Below, in pieces: positions 9,921-19,131 of a stretch of 64,000 bases of DNA (positions are counted from its first letter, which is position 1; each line of letters begins with the position of its first letter). This DNA is from Vulcanimicrobiota bacterium (GTDB taxonomy: Bacteria > Vulcanimicrobiota > Xenobia > Xenobiales > JADMJV01), in the NCBI GenBank assembly GCA_050250895.1, contig JBFWNU010000010.1:133696-197695 (forward strand). Direction: 5' to 3'. A program made the position numbers and the translations under genes. The notes under the pieces were generated by a model. It saw only the letters and a list, made by a program, of their open reading frames with translations, was not told where the DNA came from and made no database searches.

Positions 9921-12900
9921 TCACTTCCAGGCGCCCAGGATGACGAAGGGCGCCCAGTAGAAGGGCGAAGCGGTCTTGGGGTTTTGCAACAGCTTCAGCT
10001 GCGCCGTCTGCAGGGCGGCGCTCTTGTTGGCCCCGTTTTTGAGCTGGCTGTAGAACTCGACCATCAGATCGCGGGTCGAGTCGTCGGCGACCTTCCACAG
10101 ACTGGCCACCACGGTGGGAGGTCCGGCCGCCCAGAAGGCCTCGGCCAGACTGGTGATGGAGGATTGCGGATCGGCCTCGCCCAGGCCTGTCTCACAGGCC
10201 GATAGCGTCACCATGCTTGCCTGGTCGAGTTGCAACTCGAAGATCTCGGACGGCGTCAACTCGCTGTGGTTGCCCATCACCAGATAGCTCTGATTGGGGT
10301 CCCGCGGCGAGAGTCGGCCGTGGGTGGCCAGGTGAAGATAGGCCGCTCCGGGAGCGCTGGCCACGAGATGCTCTTTGGTAGCCTCGCCGCCGATGTAGGC
10401 TTGTCCATCGGGAAATAGCTTCTGCAGGGCTTTGACCTCTTCGCCCGCGGCCGGCAGCGTGCCGTCGGGGTTGCCGAAACCAGCGAATTTGCCGGTCCTG
10501 GGGTGGGACGAGGCCAGGTTGGTCAGGTCGCTGGCTTTGGAGAGCACCACCAGTTGATGCTTTTCGACCAAGTAGTGTCCGTCGGGCGCCTGCAACGCCG
10601 CAAAGGGTAGATAGTGCAGCCGCAGGGTGGGCACGATGGCCAGTACCTTCTTGCCAGCGAGATCGGCCTCGACCGGAGCGATCAGCTGGGCGTAGAGAGA
10701 CTTGAGGGCGGCTGGCGGCAGAGACCGTGGGTCCACCAGCCCGCGCCGCACGGTCTGGATGCTCTCGTCGAGTTCGGCCTTGCCCACCTTGAGCGAGCGC
10801 AGGCGAAATGCCTCTGAGGTGACCACGAAGAAGTAGAGGGTGTCCTCGGTGGGAAAATACTGGACCACGGCCGCCTCGGGCGGGATGGAGTGCTGGAGGC
10901 GTCCGAACTCGATCGGTTTGAGGCTGAGGGTGGCGTCGAAGACCCGGGGATTGGCGCTGCGCAACTCGCGAGTGGTCTGCAGGAAGGTGGCCTTGCTATC
11001 GGCGAGCAAGGCTTCGACTTTCTTCAACTGGTCGGGGTTGCGTTGGGCGGCCGGCAAGGATTTGAGGGTCTGGGCCTCGAGTTGCAGGGCCTGGGTCTGT
11101 TGCTGTTGCGAGCGATAGGCGGCGAGAGCCTTCTGGGTGGTCTGGTCCTGGCTTTGAACCTGGGCTCCCAGGGTGGTTACCGATTGGAACTGTCGCTCCT
11201 TGGTGAGGGTCTCGAGAGCCTTCTCGGTCTGGCCAGCCTGGATCTGCAACTCGCCCACCAGAGAGTAGGCCAGCCGCGCCTGGTCGCGCAGGGCGTCGGC
11301 ACCGGCCTGGCCGCCGCCGAGTTGGTCTAGCTCTTGCTCGAGCAAGTCGATGGCCCGCTGAGCGTCGTTGCGGGCGGGGTCGGCCTGGTTTTGGGCTTTG
11401 CGAATGCGGGCTCGCTCGATGAGCGCGTTCACCTCGCCCGAGCGGTAGCCGATGCTCTGGCAGCGCTCGATGGCCGAGTCGAGCGTCTTGAGAGCGAGCT
11501 CGGTCTGGCCGGTGGCAAAAAGCGCTCGACCCAGTCGAGGAGCGACGCCTAGCGAGAGCGTTTCGTCCCCGCCGCGACCATAAAGGTCATTGGCTTTGAC
11601 CAGCTGGTCGAGAACTTCGGCCGCAGGCGCGCCGGATTTTTCGAGCTGGTGAGCGCTCTCTTCGTAGTAACGACCGCGAACGCGCTGCACCAGGCCACCC
11701 TCGGTAAAGCTTTCAGAGCGGTCCCGGCTTGCAAGTTCGCTATCGATCACGGCCAGGATGGCTTCGTTGCGCTCGATCTCGGGCAGTACCTCCTGGAGCA
11801 CCTGGCGGCTCGAGTTCGCATCCGAAGCAGCGGCCAGGTCCAGATAAATCTCGGGCAGCCCCAGGGCGTAGCTGAGGTTGGCCTCGGCGATGCGCAGGTC
11901 GAAGAACTGAACCGCTTCGGCTGCGTTACTTCCCTCGGGCGGGCGAAAGTCCAGAGCCCGCTGTTGGGGCGTAACCTGACCGGCGATGAAGGCCAGGTCC
12001 CCCTCTAACAGTTGGCGGCAGCGCTGGGCCCGAGTCGGGTCGGCCTGATACTTCTGGCCCAGCTCCGCCAGGTGCCTTACCCAGAAGCGCAGTCCGTCGT
12101 TGCCATAACTCGAATCGAGATGGTGGGCGGCCAGCTGGGCCCAGATCTGCTTGTGCGCCTCTAGTTGTGGTTCTAGCCCGAGGCCCGGCTCGCGCTCGAG
12201 TTGCTGCTCGAAAAGCAGGCTGTCGACAAAGTGCTTGACGTCGGGATGGTCGGTTTGGCGGCTCTTGAGCAACCATTCGCGGGCGAGATTGGGGCGGCCC
12301 GAGCGGCGGGCTGCCTGGGCCACCGAGAGGGCAGTCAGGATTCTGAGGTCGGCGGTGGGGAGTTCTGGCAGGCTGATCAGCTCGAGGGCGTCGTAAAGCT
12401 CGGGACCACGCTCGAGCACGGTAGTATTGAGGCCCATCCGTTCGAGGGCAGCCAGGTCGAGGGCTCCGAACAGCCGACGGTAGGGGCGCAGGCCCTGGAG
12501 TTCGGGCAGGTTCTTGAACGCTTCGACCTCGAGCATCAGTTCAAGATCGTCGAGGGCCGCCAACATGATCCCGCAGATGCGGTGGACCATCTGGTAGTTG
12601 CCCAGGTCCAGGGCCAACTTGGCCAGATTGCCTTCTAACTCGATGGTGTTGCCAATCTTGATGACGCGCTCGAACAGTTGGGGGGTGACCAGGCGCACTC
12701 CGGGCGGCGTGGCCGTGGCCGAGACCGCAGCCAGGGGGGTTGAGCGCCAGGTGGATTCGTCTTCGAGCATCTGCTTGGCCCGCAGGTCCTCAGTAAAGTC
12801 GGCAACCCCCAGCTGAGTGTGGAAGACGCGCGCCAGCAGGTTGAGCAGGCGACCCGCGACCGGCTGAAGTTCGGGGTCGTCTTTTTGCATCATCAGTCCG

Positions 12901-13079
12901 CAATACATTACCGACGATATCTGCGGATTGTCGGTCACCAACTTGACCAGGCCCTCGTAGTCGTCAGACTTGGTCAGCTCGACCAGTTGTTGACCGTAGG
13001 CCTCGGGGGTCAGCTCGGCTCGAGCCGGAGAGAACAATAATAAAAGAAGGCAGCACCAGAGACTCGTTCGTTTTAGCAC
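9921..13079 (-). CDS. Secreted TPR + CHAT (caspase HetF-associated) protease
   Basis: Signal peptide, helical repeats, and a CHAT domain with HLATHG and LSACETG catalytic motifs, ending PFYWAPF. Confidence 0.9.
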   Translation of the reverse strand: MLKRTSLWCCLLLLLFSPARAELTPEAYGQQLVELTKSDDYEGLVKLVTDNPQISSVMYCGLMMQKDDPELQPVAGRLLNLLARVFHTQLGVADFTEDLRAKQMLEDESTWRSTPLAAVSATATPPGVRLVTPQLFERVIKIGNTIELEGNLAKLALDLGNYQMVHRICGIMLAALDDLELMLEVEAFKNLPELQGLRPYRRLFGALDLAALERMGLNTTVLERGPELYDALELISLPELPTADLRILTALSVAQAARRSGRPNLAREWLLKSRQTDHPDVKHFVDSLLFEQQLEREPGLGLEPQLEAHKQIWAQLAAHHLDSSYGNDGLRFWVRHLAELGQKYQADPTRAQRCRQLLEGDLAFIAGQVTPQQRALDFRPPEGSNAAEAVQFFDLRIAEANLSYALGLPEIYLDLAAASDANSSRQVLQEVLPEIERNEAILAVIDSELASRDRSESFTEGGLVQRVRGRYYEESAHQLEKSGAPAAEVLDQLVKANDLYGRGGDETLSLGVAPRLGRALFATGQTELALKTLDSAIERCQSIGYRSGEVNALIERARIRKAQNQADPARNDAQRAIDLLEQELDQLGGGQAGADALRDQARLAYSLVGELQIQAGQTEKALETLTKERQFQSVTTLGAQVQSQDQTTQKALAAYRSQQQQTQALQLEAQTLKSLPAAQRNPDQLKKVEALLADSKATFLQTTRELRSANPRVFDATLSLKPIEFGRLQHSIPPEAAVVQYFPTEDTLYFFVVTSEAFRLRSLKVGKAELDESIQTVRRGLVDPRSLPPAALKSLYAQLIAPVEADLAGKKVLAIVPTLRLHYLPFAALQAPDGHYLVEKHQLVVLSKASDLTNLASSHPRTGKFAGFGNPDGTLPAAGEEVKALQKLFPDGQAYIGGEATKEHLVASAPGAAYLHLATHGRLSPRDPNQSYLVMGNHSELTPSEIFELQLDQASMVTLSACETGLGEADPQSSITSLAEAFWAAGPPTVVASLWKVADDSTRDLMVEFYSQLKNGANKSAALQTAQLKLLQNPKTASPFYWAPFVILGAWK

Positions 13080-13120
13080 GGCGGTTGGTTCGGGGCCGGG
13101 CCGGTGGCAACCTATCGGAA

Positions 13121-14245
13121 CTACAACTGACCTTCTGGGCGATGGCCGGAGCGGATGTCTTCGGCCTGGTTGGGAGTGTAGGGAGTCCTGGTCAGGGCCG
13201 GGTCGAGGTGGTGGGCTCGAAAGACGTTGAGGATGAACCGCATGCGGTCGTCAAGGTCGGCATAGTTGCGGGCGGCACTCCCCTCGGTGGTGTCGCCGAC
13301 ACCGAAGCGCTGATGGATGGCCAGCAGCTCGGGGTTCTCGATGGTGCTCAGGGTGGAGGGGAACATCTGGCCGTTGAGGCCCTGCACATCTTCTCCCAGC
13401 TTGATGATCTTGTCCTCGAGGGGTAGCGAGAGGTGGAACCAGGTGATCAGGTGACGTAGACCCGGGGGCATGGCCTGTTTGATTTCGTCCTGAGCGGTGA
13501 TCTGCTCGTCCCACACGATCTGCGCGTTGCCTAGCAGCACCAGTTCTTGCTTCTTCTTGGGGTCGGTCTCGAACTTGGCTCGGTAGTAGCTAGTGAAGCC
13601 GTCGATCAACAGGTCGTCTTTGCCCTTCTCGGCGGGGCCGGGGGTGAATCCGTGCAGAAAGGCCTTGAATTTGGCGGGGTCGGGAGCCTCGACCCCCTCG
13701 AAGGTCTCGATAAAGCGGGCGAAGTGAGGCGTGGTCCGCTTGAAGATGGCGTCGTTGCCGGCCGACATGGCCAGGCTGCTGCGGCTGGTGAGCATTCTGG
13801 CCACGGCCAGCACGCCTGCGCCGAGGCCGGCTCCAACCCAGCCGCCGACCAGCGCCAAACCGGCCATCAGGCTGCCCTGGGCGAGCTTGGAGAAGTCCTC
13901 CTGGCGCACCGTCACGCCCACGTGGCGCGAAGCCCAGCCGGCCCAGTCAAGCCAGCTGAGTCCGCCCTCCTGGCCGACCACCTGGCGCATCTTGCCGGCC
14001 AGGTCGCTGTAATGTTGGGTGATCTGGAGGTTGCGCATGATGCGCGAAGGTTGTCCCATCACCTCGGCGGTGCGGGTCACGGCCACCAGCGGGCGGGCAT
14101 AGGCCCGGCGCGCCAGTTGCGGGTCGCCCAGCGAAGGGCTGAAACTGTCTTCGATCTGGCCCTTCAGGGCAGGACCGATCGGCTCGCGCTTGATGCAAAC
14201 CTGCTGAGCTGCCCGCGTGGGCTGAAATGACCAGAGCTTTATCAC
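13121..14245 (-). CDS. Hypothetical protein (DUF2515-like motifs, one hydrophobic Gly-rich segment)
   Basis: RNLQITQHY, WAGWASRHVG, GNDAIF and GNAQIVWDEQ; GGAGG RBS. Confidence 0.7.
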   Translation of the reverse strand: MIKLWSFQPTRAAQQVCIKREPIGPALKGQIEDSFSPSLGDPQLARRAYARPLVAVTRTAEVMGQPSRIMRNLQITQHYSDLAGKMRQVVGQEGGLSWLDWAGWASRHVGVTVRQEDFSKLAQGSLMAGLALVGGWVGAGLGAGVLAVARMLTSRSSLAMSAGNDAIFKRTTPHFARFIETFEGVEAPDPAKFKAFLHGFTPGPAEKGKDDLLIDGFTSYYRAKFETDPKKKQELVLLGNAQIVWDEQITAQDEIKQAMPPGLRHLITWFHLSLPLEDKIIKLGEDVQGLNGQMFPSTLSTIENPELLAIHQRFGVGDTTEGSAARNYADLDDRMRFILNVFRAHHLDPALTRTPYTPNQAEDIRSGHRPEGQL

Positions 14246-14294
14246 CCGACCTCCACCTCGGAGTCTAGCTCAGGCCTCTGAAAAATTCCTGGAC

Positions 14295-15194
14295 CTAGCG
14301 CCTCGAGAGGGTCTTACCGGTCAGGCGCCAGCCTACCGATTGGCTCGATTGAAAGCGGCCGATGTTGTGGTGAAGGTTGCGGCGCTGACGGCGCGAGAGG
14401 CAACCGAGCAGCTCGCCGCGGTTGGGCAGGGCCAGTCCGTCGAGTCCGACCCGTGAGGCCACCTGGTGGTCATACTCGAGGTCGGTGCCTACGGTGTTCA
14501 AGAAATCGACCGTCTGATTCCACATGCAGCCCAGACCCACCGGCCGGCCGGCGTTGTGAAACTCGCTGGCCAGCCGGCACAGCGACTCGGCTGCCTCACC
14601 GAAGCTGCCCACATAATAGGCCAGTTGGTCGGCGAAGCGCAGCAACAGGGCCTCGACCATGACCTGGGCCCGGCGGTCGGGGGCGAGTTCTTCCAGCAAG
14701 AGGCGATAGGTCGCCACCGGGTCTAGCTCGTCAAAACGGGTGCCAAACGAGCGCCTGACCTCGGGAAAGAAAGGAAAATCGGTACGGGCGACCAGCGCCA
14801 TCGCTTCTTTGACGTGCTGGTGGGTCCAGCCGAACTTGCGCTCGAGCAAGTCGAGATTGTCTTCCATCCAAGCCAGCGTTACGGGCACCCGGGCCGGTGT
14901 TCCGCGCTGGACCGTGCCACACTCGAGGCGGCGGGGATCGGCGTCGTGGATCAGGGCCACCTCGACCAGGAACTGCCTTCTCTCTTCGCCGATGCCCCAG
15001 CCCTGGGCCATCTGATCGAGCAGCTCGGCTACCATCACGGGGTGACGTGTGTCGTGATAAAGGCCACTGTTGAGGTCTTCGAACTCGTCAACACCAAAGT
15101 AGCCGGTCGCACACGTGCGCCGACTCTGGTGTCTCTGTCTGCGGTAGACCCACAGGCCGCTCAGGGCGAGCCCGCAGGCAATAAGATAGGCCAC
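14295..15194 (-). CDS. Membrane-anchored HD-superfamily (PDEase-like) protein
   Basis: N-terminal TM; YHDTRH, ALIHDAD and LRFAD motifs. Confidence 0.6.
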   Translation of the reverse strand: MAYLIACGLALSGLWVYRRQRHQSRRTCATGYFGVDEFEDLNSGLYHDTRHPVMVAELLDQMAQGWGIGEERRQFLVEVALIHDADPRRLECGTVQRGTPARVPVTLAWMEDNLDLLERKFGWTHQHVKEAMALVARTDFPFFPEVRRSFGTRFDELDPVATYRLLLEELAPDRRAQVMVEALLLRFADQLAYYVGSFGEAAESLCRLASEFHNAGRPVGLGCMWNQTVDFLNTVGTDLEYDHQVASRVGLDGLALPNRGELLGCLSRRQRRNLHHNIGRFQSSQSVGWRLTGKTLSRR

Positions 15195-15241
15195 GTTACC
15201 AGGCTAGCCTTGTGAGCCAGTTCATTCAGTGATCTCGATCA

Positions 15242-16282
15242 CTATTTCGGTTTGACCAGCCCTCTCAGCACCTTGTGATTGGACCTCAGGTCGGCTTCGG
15301 GATAGTCTTTGACCAGCTTCTCGTTGTAGCTGATGGCCTCTTCCAGCAGTCCGTACTGCATCAGGGTCGCCAGCACCTCCAGGCGCTGGTCTCTGGTTCT
15401 AGCCGATTTCTTCAGCCGGGCCAGTCGCTCGGCGGTGGCTTTGTCGAGGATAGTAAATTCGAGTTTTCCACGAGCCACGCCACTTTGCACGCTCAAAGTG
15501 TAGTTGCCGGGCTCGAGGGCCTGGCCGGGACGAAGGCTGGGACCCTTGTAGTAGATCTTCTCGCCTTTCGAGATGACCACCGTATAGGGTCCGGCGATGG
15601 CGGGATGGGCCATCACGAACTCACCCCTCGAGAAGACCGTGGACTCGCCGAGGGCCAGCGGTCGCGGTTTAGGCCTGGCGGGCTTTGGGAGAGGAGGGGC
15701 CGAGCCGGCGACGCCTTTGGTGTTATAGACGGCGGTCCGTCGAGGGGGAGCGCTACCGCCTGGAACTGATCCATCCTCATCGGCCGGCTTCTTGTCGTCG
15801 GGGATTTCGGTTTCCACAGCAGGTCTGGCCACCGGCTTGGACTCGTAGGCCACCGCTTGAGGCATCAGGTGGGCCTGCAGCTTGCCGCCAGCACGTTGAA
15901 TCCGGGCATCACCGGGGGTCATCAGTTCGATGCCAGCCCCGGCCTCGCGGTCGACCGAGCCCTTGCCCTCGAGCTTGCGGGCCCCGCCTTCTTCGAGCAA
16001 CACCTTGCTAGGACCCATGATGGTCTCTTTCTGACGGGTCTGAAGGTAACTCAGGCGCAGCTTGCCGCCGGCCGCCACCGACACCTCGGCCCCGGCCGGA
16101 AGAATCTGCAAGGCCTGGGCCGGGTAGCTCTGGCCGGAAGCCCGAACCGTGACCCCGCCGTTAGACTCGAGCACCATGGCCAGGCGCTGCTCACCGGCGC
16201 TGGCCGAGAGGCCTATCCAAAGGGCCAGCAGCAGGCCCACAGCATACTTCATCTTCATGGCTGGTTGTGTCGTCATGCTCAC
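15242..16282 (-). CDS. Exported hypothetical protein, FecR-like N-terminal beta domain
   Basis: Signal peptide; beta-rich GGVTVRA...LPAGAEVSVAAGGKLRLSY; Pro-rich linker; helical C-terminus. Confidence 0.65.
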   Translation of the reverse strand: MSMTTQPAMKMKYAVGLLLALWIGLSASAGEQRLAMVLESNGGVTVRASGQSYPAQALQILPAGAEVSVAAGGKLRLSYLQTRQKETIMGPSKVLLEEGGARKLEGKGSVDREAGAGIELMTPGDARIQRAGGKLQAHLMPQAVAYESKPVARPAVETEIPDDKKPADEDGSVPGGSAPPRRTAVYNTKGVAGSAPPLPKPARPKPRPLALGESTVFSRGEFVMAHPAIAGPYTVVISKGEKIYYKGPSLRPGQALEPGNYTLSVQSGVARGKLEFTILDKATAERLARLKKSARTRDQRLEVLATLMQYGLLEEAISYNEKLVKDYPEADLRSNHKVLRGLVKPK

Positions 16283-16352
16283 GAAGATCTTCCTTTCGGC
16301 TCATGTGAGCTGGATCCTATACCGGGGTCTCGCTCAAGCGTATACTCAAAAA

Positions 16353-16721
16353 ATGTCACACATAACCAGAATCGCCACCCGCATGCTCGAGCGCGAGCTG
16401 CTCGAGGTCGCGGCCCGCCAGCTGGGCCTGGGCATCACGGATGGACCCACCACCGTGACCGACTACGAGGGGCGCACCCAGCCGGTCGATTTCAAGCTCG
16501 ACAGCCGCCCCTACGCCCTGGGTTTCGTGCGGACCGAGTCCGGTTTCGAGGCGGTGGGCGATCTCATGGGTGGAACGGCCGAGACCTTGCGGTGTCTGCA
16601 GCAGCAATATGCCCGGGCTGCCACCCTGCGTCAGCTAGAGGAGCAGGGATTTTCGGTGGTGGAAGAGACCGCCGCCGACGGTAGCATCCGCCTGACCCTG
16701 GAGCGACTGGTCTATGCATAG
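16353..16721 (+). CDS. DUF1257 (Ycf35-like) protein
   Basis: MSHITRIAT, VTDYEG, LGF, QQQYA and QGFSVVEETAADGSIRLTL. Confidence 0.85.
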   Translation: MSHITRIATRMLERELLEVAARQLGLGITDGPTTVTDYEGRTQPVDFKLDSRPYALGFVRTESGFEAVGDLMGGTAETLRCLQQQYARAATLRQLEEQGFSVVEETAADGSIRLTLERLVYA

Positions 16722-16914
16722 TCAGCGAATTCAGGTCCACATTGATCGTGAGGGCAAGGTCAAGCTGGAGGTCGAGGGAATGCAAGGCCAGGGCTGCCTG
16801 GAGTTGACAGCTGCCCTCGAGGCCCTGCTCGGCGGCCAGATCAAGGATCGCGAGATGAAGCCCGAATACTACGAGCGGGCCGAAGCCTTCGACCACGACA
16901 ACCTGTGGAGCTGA
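16714..16914 (+). CDS. DUF2997 small protein
   Basis: IDREGKVKLEVEGMQGQGCLELTAALEALLG...KPEYY. Confidence 0.85.
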   Translation: MHSQRIQVHIDREGKVKLEVEGMQGQGCLELTAALEALLGGQIKDREMKPEYYERAEAFDHDNLWS

Positions 16915-17453
16915 GAATCGCTGACATGGTTTTCTCCAGTCGGGCCAACGGGCCGGGACTGCGAGCGGTGGTCTGGGTCCAGGGCTGCAGTCTCGGTTGC
17001 GCCGGATGCTTCAATCCTCACACCCACAGTTTCCGGGCTGGCAGGGTGATCCAGGTGCCTGACCTGATCGATCGACTGCGGGACCTTCCGGTCCAGGGTT
17101 TGACCCTCAGTGGGGGCGAGCCGCTACAGCAGCCCCGGGGTGTGCTGGCCCTGATCGCCGGGCTCAAAGCCGTGACCGATTTCTCGATGTTGCTCTTCAC
17201 CGGCTTTGAGTGGGGAGAAATTCAGGCTTCACCGGCTCGCCGGGCCGTGGTCGAAATGTGCGACCTGGTGGTGGCCGGACGGTTCGAGGCCGGCCAGCAC
17301 CAGGGCCGAAATCTGCTGGGGTCATCCAACCAGACGGTCCACTTCGTGACCCCCCGCTATCGTCCATCTCATCTAGAGCAGGTTCCCCCCGCCGAGGTCC
17401 TCATCGGCCCCAACGGCGACATCGTGCTGACAGGAGTCAACCCCCCGTTATGA
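16905..17453 (+). CDS. Radical SAM protein, NrdG/activase-like
   Basis: NGPGLRAVVWVQGCSLGCAGCFN (CxxxCxxC), TLSGGEP and GSSNQ. Confidence 0.9.
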   Translation: MELRIADMVFSSRANGPGLRAVVWVQGCSLGCAGCFNPHTHSFRAGRVIQVPDLIDRLRDLPVQGLTLSGGEPLQQPRGVLALIAGLKAVTDFSMLLFTGFEWGEIQASPARRAVVEMCDLVVAGRFEAGQHQGRNLLGSSNQTVHFVTPRYRPSHLEQVPPAEVLIGPNGDIVLTGVNPPL

Positions 17454-18973
17454 GCCTGGCTGGCGAACTGACTTTGCGGGTGCGAGCCCGGTCTTGCCTG
17501 ATCGTGGTGGTCAGCCGCGAGGAAGAGAGGGTGGCCAACCTGCTGGCCGAGGCCTGTCTGGAGATGAATGCGGGCCTGGTGCAATGGGACGTGGCCGGCG
17601 GTTTCCAGACCAGGATGGGCCCGGCACTCGAGGCCAACGCCGCCGACCCCCGCAAGGCGCTCGAGGCCATCAAGGCCAGTCGCCAAGTCAAGCGAGCCGT
17701 GCTGTTGCCCGATTTCCACGATCTCTGGACCAACCCTCAGCTCAAGCGCATGCTCAAGGCCTTGACTCACGACCTGCGGCAGGGGCAGACGACCCTGGTG
17801 GTCACGCTGCCGTCCCGGACCATCCCCGAAGAACTGGTGGACGAAGCGGTGGTGCTCGAGTTGCCTCCTCCCGACCGAGACGAGCTGGACAGGTTGCTGA
17901 CCACCCTCACCAGTGGCTGTCGGGTCGAATTGACCAGCCTTGGTCGTGACAAGCTGCTGACGGCGGCGCTGGGCTTGACCATGGCCCAGGCCCGCCGGGT
18001 CTTCGCCAAGGCCATCGTCAACGACGGCGTGCTCGACGACCGAGACATCGAGCTGGTCCAGCAAGAGAAGCGACAAATCATTCGCGAGAGCGGCGCCCTC
18101 GAGTTTTTGCCGCCCCTGGCCGACGCCGCCTGGGTGGGCGGCCTGGACGTGCTCAAAGACTGGCTGCGTCTGCGCGAGCGGGCCTTTACGGCCGAAGCCA
18201 GGGAATATGGCCTGCCCGCCCCCAAGGGCGTGGCCCTGGTGGGCATCCCGGGCACCGGCAAGAGCCTGACCGCCAAGATGGTGGCCGCTCTCTGGAAGGT
18301 GCCCCTGTTGCGGCTTGACGTGGGGGCGCTGTTCGGCGGGCTGATGGGTCAGTCTGAAGAGCGCACCCGACAGGCCCTGGCTCTGGCTGAAACGGTGGCT
18401 CCCTGCGTGCTCTGGATCGACGAGATCGAGAAGGCCACCCAGGCCAACGAGATGGGCACCGGCACCACTCAGCGCGTCATCGGCACCATTTTGACCTGGA
18501 TGCAAGAGAAGACAGCCCCCTGCTTCGTGGTGGCCACGGCCAACGACGTGGCGAAGATCCCCGCCGAGCTGATGCGGCGCGGGCGCTTCGACGAGATTTT
18601 CTTTCTCGACCTACCCACTCACGACGAGCGCCGTCAGATCTTCTCGGTGCACCTGCAACAGCGCCACCGTCTGAGCGCCAACTACGACCTCGAAAGGCTG
18701 GCCGGCGCCAGCCAGGGCCTGGTGGGAGCCGAACTCGAGCAAGCCATCGTCGAGGCCATGTATACAGCCTTCAATCACGACCGCGAGTTCACCAGCGACG
18801 ACATCGTGAGCGCGCTCGAACGCCTGGTGCCGCTGTCGGTGTCGTGTCGCGAGACGGTCGAATACTTGCGCGGCTGGCTGCAAGAAGGCCGGGCCCAGTC
18901 GGCTTCGTTTCGCGAGAATCGCGAGGCCAGCGTCAACTTCGTGCCCCTGCCGAGCCCGTTCTCGAGCAACTAG
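17450..18973 (+). CDS. Ycf46-like AAA+ ATPase
   Basis: Degenerate N-terminal [30 protein letters not shown] and [14 protein letters not shown]; ATGA overlap with the radical SAM gene. Confidence 0.92.
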   Translation: MSLAGELTLRVRARSCLIVVVSREEERVANLLAEACLEMNAGLVQWDVAGGFQTRMGPALEANAADPRKALEAIKASRQVKRAVLLPDFHDLWTNPQLKRMLKALTHDLRQGQTTLVVTLPSRTIPEELVDEAVVLELPPPDRDELDRLLTTLTSGCRVELTSLGRDKLLTAALGLTMAQARRVFAKAIVNDGVLDDRDIELVQQEKRQIIRESGALEFLPPLADAAWVGGLDVLKDWLRLRERAFTAEAREYGLPAPKGVALVGIPGTGKSLTAKMVAALWKVPLLRLDVGALFGGLMGQSEERTRQALALAETVAPCVLWIDEIEKATQANEMGTGTTQRVIGTILTWMQEKTAPCFVVATANDVAKIPAELMRRGRFDEIFFLDLPTHDERRQIFSVHLQQRHRLSANYDLERLAGASQGLVGAELEQAIVEAMYTAFNHDREFTSDDIVSALERLVPLSVSCRETVEYLRGWLQEGRAQSASFRENREASVNFVPLPSPFSSN

Positions 18974-19131
18974 GGCCTGTCAGGGATTAAGAGTAGCATT
19001 CCGGGCGCTGAGGCGCCCCTGTGGCAAGGCGCGTCTGACCGCGCATATCGGCAATATGTAAGGGAAGCGCAACGCAGCCACAGGGGATGGATCGGAGCCC
19101 CGAATGCACGAGTTATGTCCTGACAGGCCCT
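18972..19131. mobile_element. MITE-like non-autonomous element, ~160 bp
   Basis: 13-bp terminal inverted repeats agggcctgtcagg / cctgacaggccct and nested internal IRs (gcattc/gaatgc, cccctgtggc/gccacagggg); no transposase. Confidence 0.75.

Noticed and set aside
16905-17453. Calling the radical SAM gene nrdG
   Set aside because: No nrdD nearby, and the operon context is unrelated.
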